The position numbers and the translations under genes are program-made. DNA of 64,000 nucleotides from Acidimicrobiia bacterium (lineage in GTDB: Bacteria; Actinomycetota; Acidimicrobiia; Spongiisociales; ZC4RG35): NCBI GenBank assembly GCA_041742825.1, contig JBGTNX010000034.1, forward strand, positions 105 to 64,104. The letters are read 5' to 3'. Under the pieces are notes generated by a model. That model saw only the letters and a program-made list of their open reading frames with translations. It did no database searches and was not told the origin of the DNA. This document shows, piece by piece, positions 57,106 to 64,000 of this stretch (positions are counted from its first letter, which is position 1; each line of letters begins with the position of its first letter).

Positions 57106-58515
57106 TTGGCTTCGAAACGTTACGAAATATTCGAGTCGCTCGGCACCGGGGGTATGGCGACCGTCTGGCGCGCAAAAGACACTGTGCTCGACCGGTGGGT
57201 CGCGATCAAGCGACTACTCCCCCACGCCAACAACGATCCCGTGATCTCCGACAGGTTTCGTCGTGAGGCCCTCTCCTCGGCCCGCCTCACTCATCCCGGG
57301 ATCGTCACGGTCTTTGACACCGGCGAAGACGAGGACGGCCCATTCATCGTCCTCGAGTTGGTCGAAGGTGAGACGCTTGCGGACCTCCTGAACCGTGAAG
57401 GAAGCCTTGACCTCGCAACAGCTGCGGGGATCGTGCGCCAGGTCGCAGACGCCCTGGACTATGCCCATGGCCAGGGGGTCATCCACAGGGACGTCAAGCC
57501 GGCAAACCTCATAATTGCCACTGACGGAACCGTCCAGCTGACCGATTTCGGTATTGCCAGGTTGGCCGACGACCCGACGACGATCACCAACCCCGGTGCC
57601 GTCGTCGGCACACTCGCCTACCTAGCGCCCGAGGTAATCGAAGGCCGGCCGATCACACCCGCATCAGACATCTACTCGTTGGGAGCTGTCACCTACCAGA
57701 TGCTCACCGGCCAACCACCGTTCCGGGCGGAAAACGTCGGGGCACTCGTCACAGCCATTCGAAGTGGTCACCCGCCAGCGACGGACGGGATCCCCGACCC
57801 GGTGGCGGAAACCGTCCTGGATGCCCTGGCGACCGATCCCACCCGGCGGCCGGCCACCGCGAGCGAGTTCGCTGCGAATCTGATCGCCAGAACAACTCTG
57901 GCGATGCCTGTGGACACCGCGCTCCTGGCGCCGGTCCCCACAGCGGCGACGGCTTCCGCACCCGACAAGCCCACCCTGGTTATTCCGACGACGACAGGAG
58001 CCGCGCCGCGCCGATTTTCCAGGCGTGGCCTGGTCGCCGGGTTGCTGGTTGCCGTTGTCGCCCTGACTGCATTTGCTTTGATGCCCGACGGAACCGGCCC
58101 TGGCCTCGCATCGGCGACCACAACGACCGCGTCAGTGCCGACTGAGACGACGACCCCTGATCTCGTCACTACGACAATCGCAACCACGACGACCGCACCG
58201 ACTCAGACAACTGTGACCCCCGTCCCAACCCCTGAGAGCGTTGCCGAGCAGATCGTCGCCCACCTCGAGGAATTGGAGCCTCCCGAGTTCCGTCCCAAGG
58301 ACGTGAAGGACGTCACCAACGCTCTCGACTCGGTCATGGAGGCATGGGCAGACGGCGACGGGGAGGTGGTGCGGGAAGCGCTGGAAAACCTGGGTAGAGC
58401 GCTCCAGAGCCTCCCGGACACCGAGCAAACAGACCATCTCATGGATCACTTCGTCGAACTTGCGGAGTTGATGGGATTCGAAATCCAAACCGACGACGAC
58501 GAAGAAGACGACTGA
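57106..58515 (+). CDS. Hanks-type Ser/Thr protein kinase with one TM helix and an extracytoplasmic Thr/Pro-rich and acidic domain
   Basis: 469 aa with GTGGMATVW, AIK, HRDVKPAN, DFGIA and APE motifs. Confidence 0.9.
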   Translation: MASKRYEIFESLGTGGMATVWRAKDTVLDRWVAIKRLLPHANNDPVISDRFRREALSSARLTHPGIVTVFDTGEDEDGPFIVLELVEGETLADLLNREGSLDLATAAGIVRQVADALDYAHGQGVIHRDVKPANLIIATDGTVQLTDFGIARLADDPTTITNPGAVVGTLAYLAPEVIEGRPITPASDIYSLGAVTYQMLTGQPPFRAENVGALVTAIRSGHPPATDGIPDPVAETVLDALATDPTRRPATASEFAANLIARTTLAMPVDTALLAPVPTAATASAPDKPTLVIPTTTGAAPRRFSRRGLVAGLLVAVVALTAFALMPDGTGPGLASATTTTASVPTETTTPDLVTTTIATTTTAPTQTTVTPVPTPESVAEQIVAHLEELEPPEFRPKDVKDVTNALDSVMEAWADGDGEVVREALENLGRALQSLPDTEQTDHLMDHFVELAELMGFEIQTDDDEEDD

Positions 58516-58575
58516 ACTTCATCGATCGGAGTCAGGAATTCGCCGCTCATCGAACCGGTGGATCGTTCTTGAGCT

Positions 58576-59457
58576 ATGTCTACGCCTGCTAAACACAGTC
58601 GGATGGCCGGCTCCAACTACACGTTGCTCATCTCCTGTGCCGATCGTCCTGGCCTGGTGGCGGCGGTCGCGACATTTCTCGTGGAGAGGGCGGCAAACAT
58701 CGTCCACGCCGACCAACACGTCGACCGGCAGGAAAACCTGTTCCTGCAGAGAATCGAGTTCACGCTGCCCCGGCTCGACAGCGAGAACCTCCGCGACCAG
58801 TTCACCACCTTCTCCCAGGAGTTCGACATGGTGTGGTCTCTGCGCATACCTGACCGGCCGATGCGGGTCGCGGTCCTGACATCTATTGAGAGCCACTGCC
58901 TCTCAGATCTTCTCAGTAGGTGGGATATCGGCGAAATGGACCCGGCGGTGCTCGCCTTCGTCGCCTCGAACCACCCTGACCATGCCGACCTCGTGCATCA
59001 TCACAATGTCCCGTTCCACCACATCCCGGTCGACCCGGCCCACCCGGAGTCGCATGGTGAGGCTATGCGAATGCTCTGCGCCGACAACGGGGTCGATCTC
59101 CTCATCCTCGCCCGCTACATGCAAATAGTCGGCGAAGCAATGGTCGATGAATATCGCAACCGGACCATCAACATCCACCACTCATTTCTCCCCGCCTTTG
59201 CCGGCGCCCGGCCCTACCACCAGGCGCATGCCCGGGGCGTGAAGTTGATCGGTGCGACCGCTCACTACGTCACCTCGGAACTGGACGAAGGGCCCATCAT
59301 CTCCCAGGACGTACTCGGGGTGAGCCATCGCGACGGCATCGAAGAGCTGCGCCAGAAGGGGCGGGACCTGGAGAAGGTCGTTCTGGCAAGGGCAGTCCGT
59401 CTCCATCTGAATGATCGGATCCTCCCCTACGGGAACCGGACCGCAGTCTTCGACTGA
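58576..59457 (+). CDS. purU: Formyltetrahydrofolate deformylase
   Basis: 293 aa. It has an N-terminal ACT domain (LLISCADRPGLVAAV) and a formyltransferase domain (INIHHSFLPAF). Confidence 0.95.
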   Translation: MSTPAKHSRMAGSNYTLLISCADRPGLVAAVATFLVERAANIVHADQHVDRQENLFLQRIEFTLPRLDSENLRDQFTTFSQEFDMVWSLRIPDRPMRVAVLTSIESHCLSDLLSRWDIGEMDPAVLAFVASNHPDHADLVHHHNVPFHHIPVDPAHPESHGEAMRMLCADNGVDLLILARYMQIVGEAMVDEYRNRTINIHHSFLPAFAGARPYHQAHARGVKLIGATAHYVTSELDEGPIISQDVLGVSHRDGIEELRQKGRDLEKVVLARAVRLHLNDRILPYGNRTAVFD

Positions 59458-61021
59458 CCCGACGTGGAGGGCGCTGATTCAAGTCGTCCGTCAAAGAAGC
59501 CGACAACAGAGAGTGCCCGCCTCCGACAGAGAATCCAACCGTATTTCGACGCTGCAAGATGCGACGGGTCGAGGCACCACAAACGGAGTGAACGGAGCGC
59601 ACACTCGCCCCGGTCACACCAATGCCTTCCGGATCCCCAACCCCCTCGAATCGGCTGTGGGTTTGGCCCAACTTCTCCATGACAGGACACGTGACTTCAA
59701 CGCCGGGGTTCGCAACCAGGTAATCGAGATGCTGTCCCTGGAGTTGACCGAAGCCGACCATGTCGTCCAGGACCTCCTGATGAGCTTGCGGACCGATCTC
59801 GGGGACCTCACCGACAGCATCGAACAAATCGACCTGCGCAAGGTGGTCGACGAGGTGGCTCAAGAACTAGCCACATCCCGTCACATCAGAGTCTCGGTCC
59901 GAGGCGACGCCGCGGTTCGTGCCGACGTCGATGTGGGAACCCATATCATCCGCAACCTGTTGCGCTGCGTCACCTATCTCCAGGGGCAGAACATCAACGT
60001 CGAGATCGGACGCGGATTCAGCAAAGTCTTCGTCGAGATCTCCTATGACGGGGACAGCCCGCCACCGGGCGTCCTCGACAACATGTTCGACGGTAGAAGG
60101 CCATACAACAGCACCGAACTGCCCTTCGACCTCAGCGTCTCAGTGGCCCGCCAGCTGGCTCGAGCGCTCCTCGGCGACGTCACAATCACGGAGGCGAAAG
60201 GAAAGCGGGACGCCTTCGAGCTCTCCCTGCCGCTCACATTGGGGCACCACAGGGTGAAGACAGTGATCGCAGACTCGATCTTCGACCCTGCCCCGGACGG
60301 GCCCAGCCGGACCGACATCTCTGACATGATCGACCAAGGCGGGCCGGAAATGGTGTTCCAGCCCATCAAGGACATTCGAAACCACTCCGCAGGCGAAGCG
60401 GCCACCATCGGCTTTGAGGCACTTGCCCGCTTCCCGCTTGCCTCCCCTCCCGAATGGCTCGAGGCTGCAGGGCGTGCCGGCAAACGACTCGAGCTGGAGC
60501 TTGCCGCCATTGCCGGAGCAGTGACCGCCTTCTCTCCTGCGAATCAGCCCGGATTTCTCACCGTGAACCTCTCCGACCCGACCCTTCTCGCCCCTGAACT
60601 GCTAACTGTTCTCCAAGGGATGGAGGCGGGCCTGACAGTCGTCGAACTATCCGAAGTCGCCCTGATCAAGAGCTACGAGGCAACAAATCGCGCCATGCAG
60701 GGACTACGTGACCGCGGTGTGCGTCTGGCCATCGACAACGTTGGCGCCGGCGAGATCGATCTCTGGTCGATTCTCCGATTGAAACCAGACATGATCAAGA
60801 TCGATATGAGCTTGGTGCGGGGGATCGACTCGAATCCAACGAACCGTGCCCTTATCCGGGGGCTGGCGGCAATGGCCACAGACCTGGGCATAATTGTGAT
60901 CGCTGAAGGGATCGAGAACGCTGAGGAGCGCGACCTGCTCATCGATGCCGGCATCGAGTTCGGCCAGGGATACCTGCTCGGAAAACCTCAGCACCTACTC
61001 GCTCTAGCCCCTACGCACTAG
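59411..61021 (+). CDS. EAL-domain protein with an N-terminal degenerate HisKA/HATPase-like region
   Basis: It has FEALARF, DNVGAG (in place of DDFGTG), KIDMSLV, EGIE and QGY. The start is uncertain because the ORF overlaps purU by 47 nt. Confidence 0.85.
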   Translation: MIGSSPTGTGPQSSTDPTWRALIQVVRQRSRQQRVPASDRESNRISTLQDATGRGTTNGVNGAHTRPGHTNAFRIPNPLESAVGLAQLLHDRTRDFNAGVRNQVIEMLSLELTEADHVVQDLLMSLRTDLGDLTDSIEQIDLRKVVDEVAQELATSRHIRVSVRGDAAVRADVDVGTHIIRNLLRCVTYLQGQNINVEIGRGFSKVFVEISYDGDSPPPGVLDNMFDGRRPYNSTELPFDLSVSVARQLARALLGDVTITEAKGKRDAFELSLPLTLGHHRVKTVIADSIFDPAPDGPSRTDISDMIDQGGPEMVFQPIKDIRNHSAGEAATIGFEALARFPLASPPEWLEAAGRAGKRLELELAAIAGAVTAFSPANQPGFLTVNLSDPTLLAPELLTVLQGMEAGLTVVELSEVALIKSYEATNRAMQGLRDRGVRLAIDNVGAGEIDLWSILRLKPDMIKIDMSLVRGIDSNPTNRALIRGLAAMATDLGIIVIAEGIENAEERDLLIDAGIEFGQGYLLGKPQHLLALAPTH

Positions 61022-61111
61022 CCCCTACGCCCTAGCCCACAGCAAATAGCGTCCGACGGCTAAAGGATTGGGTTTTCCCACCGATTTGTTGGATGACGCC
61101 TATCATCTCCA

Positions 61112-61528
61112 TTGGACCTGCGTATGTCCCATGACAACAATTCGAAATCATCGTGTGAGGGGCATTTGAAGCGCGAGTTCCAACCGGAGCCCGTCTCTGC
61201 TCCCGCTGCCCGCAAGTTCGTGCTCGATGCTGGCTGGAGCCACGACAGCGAAGAGAACATGCGCCTCGCCACCGTGGTCTCGGAAATTGTCACGAACGCG
61301 ATACTCCATGCTCGAACCAGCTTCTGCGTCTCGGTGACCGTGGACGAGTTTGCTATCCGTGTCGACGTGCGGGACGGGAGCGCTGACGTCCCGGTTCTCA
61401 AGCTATACGAACCCTCGGCGGCCACCGGACGTGGCCTGCAGATTATCGATGCGATGGCCGACCGGTGGGGAGTCTCGTTGCAGCCAAGCGGAAAGATCGT
61501 CTGGTTCGAAATGGAAAAGGCGGGCTGA
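61112..61528 (+). CDS. Anti-sigma regulatory factor-like Ser kinase (RsbW/SpoIIAB, HATPase_c_2)
   Basis: 138 aa with VSEIVTNAILHA (N-box) and GRGLQIIDAMADRWG (G-box). The start could be 61112 (TTG) or 61124 (ATG). Confidence 0.8.
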   Translation: MDLRMSHDNNSKSSCEGHLKREFQPEPVSAPAARKFVLDAGWSHDSEENMRLATVVSEIVTNAILHARTSFCVSVTVDEFAIRVDVRDGSADVPVLKLYEPSAATGRGLQIIDAMADRWGVSLQPSGKIVWFEMEKAG

Positions 61529-61530
61529 AT

Positions 61531-62361
61531 TTGAGCCAACTGGTCGATGTACATCTGGTCGGGGTCCCCGTGGACATCTGGAAAAGGGCATCCGCACACC
61601 AGGAGGGGTTGCGGCGCGAATTCGAGATTCTGGTGTCCCGAGACCCAGACCAACAGATTCCGCGCGCTCTCATAGAGCTCATCGGAGACCTCAGAGCCCG
61701 CTTCGATCAACAACGCGATCAGAGCCTTGGGCCGCTCTTCGCTGCCGCTGAGAGAGGAGAGCCGTTTGCCGACGTCACTATCGAATTGCCACGGGAGGCA
61801 GCCGCGTCATTGCGGGAGTTGAGCGGGATGCTCGATGCCGCCGATGACTTTTGTCGCAAGGGTGGCCGCCTGCTGACGCAGGTGACGCCTCACGATTTGC
61901 TCAGATTCAGACGCTGGTTTCTCGGGGAGATACTGAAGCAGCTAGAGGACGGAGGGTCTCCACGCAGGTGGCAGGAGATCGATGCCACAACTGACCCTGG
62001 CCCGGAGCCATTAACCGAAGAAGTGCGATCATCCGACGATGCGGGTGGCGTGGAAGAGACCCGAATCGAGTTCGATGAAGATCTCGACCTCTCTACTGCA
62101 GGAGCTCTCCACGATCTGATCGTGACCGCCCGCCCCAAAAGCAACGGCTCAGCCACTCTCGTGGTCGATCTGCGTCAAGTCGGCTTTATGGACTCGGTCG
62201 GGATCAGTCTTCTCGTTTCCGCGCACAGGCGGGTCACCGAAGAAGGGACGAAGGTACGACTGCTGCTTCCCTCGCGCCTCCGGAGGTTGCTCGAGATAAG
62301 CGGCCTGATCGATGTCTTGACGCCCGAATTCGTCTCTGAGCAAGAACCAACAGGGCAATAG
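61531..62361 (+). CDS. STAS-domain protein with a roughly 170-aa N-terminal extension (anti-sigma-factor antagonist-like)
   Basis: TTG at 61531, 3 nt after the upstream stop. The C-terminus VVDLRQVGFMDSVGISLLVSAHRR...LLLPSRLRRLLEISGL fits the STAS pattern, including a conserved Ser in DSVG. Confidence 0.75.
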   Translation: MSQLVDVHLVGVPVDIWKRASAHQEGLRREFEILVSRDPDQQIPRALIELIGDLRARFDQQRDQSLGPLFAAAERGEPFADVTIELPREAAASLRELSGMLDAADDFCRKGGRLLTQVTPHDLLRFRRWFLGEILKQLEDGGSPRRWQEIDATTDPGPEPLTEEVRSSDDAGGVEETRIEFDEDLDLSTAGALHDLIVTARPKSNGSATLVVDLRQVGFMDSVGISLLVSAHRRVTEEGTKVRLLLPSRLRRLLEISGLIDVLTPEFVSEQEPTGQ

Positions 62362-62419
62362 AGAGCGACGGTTTCAGCCCCACCTACCGTGCTGGGTAGC
62401 CGTCGATTAGCCTCCGCTC

Positions 62420-64000
62420 ATGTTTCGTCACGCGTCGAGTCGGGAGTGGCGGGAGATCGTGGCGTCGGCGTTGGCGCAGGCGGGGATCGCCTGTTGGGAG
62501 TACGTCCTCGAGACTGATGAGCTGTGGTGGTCGGACAATGCCGGCCCGATGTATGGAAGGCAGCCAGGGTTCGTCCCTGCCGGCTTCGAAGCAGCCCAAG
62601 AGCTGATGGACCGTGCTGATGGCCGCCCGTTGGAAGTGTCAGAGGTGCTACAGGGTTTGAGCGCAGGGCCGGTCGAGGCCGAACGTCGTGTGATCTGGCC
62701 CGACGGATCGACCCACTGGACTCACAATCGCTATTTCATCATGTCTGATGCCTCGGGCGAGCCTGAGCGACTGGCCGGAATGATCACCAGCATCGAGGAT
62801 CGAAAGCGGCAGGAGCGCGACGACGCGCTGCTGAATAACGCCAACGCAATCTTGATAGGGTCGCTGGACCTCGACCAGACACTCCAGTCAATCGCCGACT
62901 TGTTGGTGCCGGAGCTCGCGGACTGGTGCGTCGTTGATCTGCTCGAAAACGGCGTTCTGCGTCCGGTGGCGCGCGCCCACAGCGACCCGCAGAAATTGAC
63001 ATGGGCCGCGGCGATCCAAGACGAGTATCCGCCGGACATGAAAGCACCCCTGGGGCCACCGAACGTGGTTCGTACCGGCCAGCCGGAGCTGTATACCGAC
63101 ATCCCCGACGAGTTGCTCGTGTCCGTAGTGGAGGGGGACGAGCGGCTCCTCGAGATCTTGCGTGAAGTTGGATACCGATCAGTGATTGTGGTGCCTCTCA
63201 CAGGGCGCCGCGGCGTGATCGGCACGATGACCCTCGTGATGGCCGAGTCCGAACGCACATATGACGAGACGGCGCTCCGCTTTGCGGGTCGGATCGGAGC
63301 ACAACTTGCCGTAGCAATCGAGACCGCCCAGCTCCACACCAGTCTGAGCAACGCATGGCAAGCCCAAAAAGATGCTGTTGAGACCTTGCAACGGGGGCTG
63401 GCCCCGGACCCTTTGCCCGATATTCCAGGAATGACGCTCGCAGCCCATTACGAGATAGGGGGCACCGAAGGGGTTGGAGGCGATTGGTACGACGTGTTCA
63501 GCAGCGGACCGGGCCGGGTGAACTTCGTGATGGGCGATGTAGTCGGTCGCGGTGTGCCTGCGGTGGCCGCCATGTCCCGCTACCGCAATAGCCTCCGTGC
63601 CCTCCTTTTGGAAGGCCACTCGCCCGGGCGTGCCCTGACCATTCTCAACGGCTTGAACAGCAACGAAGGCGGCAGGGGTGAAGGCTTCGCGACCGTGGCA
63701 TGTCTCGAGTATCAGGCCGCCGACCGTCTCTTGACATGGGCGGCGGCCGGTCACCCGCCAGCCCTCATCCGGGACCGAAACGGCGTCCGCAGTCTTTGGG
63801 AATCACCGGGCCCGCCTCTCGATGTACAACCCGGTTACCCATATTCCGAAGCGAAAGACAGACTTGAGCCTGGAACGATGCTCGTCCTCTACACAGATGG
63901 ATTCATCGAACGGAGAGATGAGCCAATCGACCGATCACTTGATCGGCTCAGGGATGAACTCGGCACTATTCCGTTGTCGCCGGAAATTGCTGTTGCGCAT
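62420..64000 (+). CDS. PAS-GAF-PP2C (SpoIIE/RsbU-type) phosphatase, 3'-partial; absent from the ORF track
   Basis: An open frame runs from ATG 62420 to the window end (527 codons, no stop). It has a PAS-like N-terminus, a GAF domain (LADWCVVDL...VIVVPL), and PP2C motifs GGDWYDV, GDVVGRG and LYTDGFIE. Confidence 0.85.
   Translation, partial: MFRHASSREWREIVASALAQAGIACWEYVLETDELWWSDNAGPMYGRQPGFVPAGFEAAQELMDRADGRPLEVSEVLQGLSAGPVEAERRVIWPDGSTHWTHNRYFIMSDASGEPERLAGMITSIEDRKRQERDDALLNNANAILIGSLDLDQTLQSIADLLVPELADWCVVDLLENGVLRPVARAHSDPQKLTWAAAIQDEYPPDMKAPLGPPNVVRTGQPELYTDIPDELLVSVVEGDERLLEILREVGYRSVIVVPLTGRRGVIGTMTLVMAESERTYDETALRFAGRIGAQLAVAIETAQLHTSLSNAWQAQKDAVETLQRGLAPDPLPDIPGMTLAAHYEIGGTEGVGGDWYDVFSSGPGRVNFVMGDVVGRGVPAVAAMSRYRNSLRALLLEGHSPGRALTILNGLNSNEGGRGEGFATVACLEYQAADRLLTWAAAGHPPALIRDRNGVRSLWESPGPPLDVQPGYPYSEAKDRLEPGTMLVLYTDGFIERRDEPIDRSLDRLRDELGTIPLSPEIAVAH

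Noticed and set aside
58516-58575. ZTP/THF-type riboswitch upstream of purU.
   Set aside because: The spacer is only 60 nt and lacks the conserved pfl/ZTP motifs I recall.

Overview
High-GC (about 60-65% by eye) actinobacterial-type chromosomal segment. Gene content looks like Acidimicrobiia or a related Actinobacteria lineage: UPF0182, DUF3179, DinB/DUF664, two ECF sigma/anti-sigma pairs, tatA, and frequent 4-nt GTGA/ATGA gene overlaps. It is densely coding and mostly core or housekeeping. It contains tRNA-fMet, typA, metY-metX, photolyase, infA-like, bioY, a 6-gene acyl-CoA ligase plus branched-chain amino-acid-type ABC transporter operon, moaE, an HtrA-like protease, ClC channel, ung and purU. 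The 3' end (53.7-64 kb) is rich in signalling genes: adenylate cyclase, MarR/YceI, a Ser/Thr kinase, an EAL protein, and an RsbW-like/STAS/PP2C partner-switching set. No CRISPR array, rRNA, transposase or prophage block is visible. All homology calls come from motif recognition by eye, with no database search. Several real genes are missing from the ORF track because they are under 60 aa or run off the window: tatA (43611-43781), a 55-aa lipoprotein (9093-9260), and a PAS-GAF-PP2C phosphatase (62420 to beyond 64000). The best lead is a 21-codon leader ORF upstream of metY-metX with an MMCMACM codon run, embedded in mutually exclusive hairpin/antiterminator/terminator structures. This looks like a classical ribosome-mediated attenuator for methionine (and cysteine) supply. 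Other leads are: a 42-nt hairpin-forming tandem repeat array in a convergent spacer; a DivIVA/coiled-coil protein ending in a MuF-like Cys/His motif; an orphan Pol-beta-fold nucleotidyltransferase; an alpha/beta hydrolase apparently split by about 11-12 TM helices; and a duplicated RBS/leader segment between two ABC ATPase genes.
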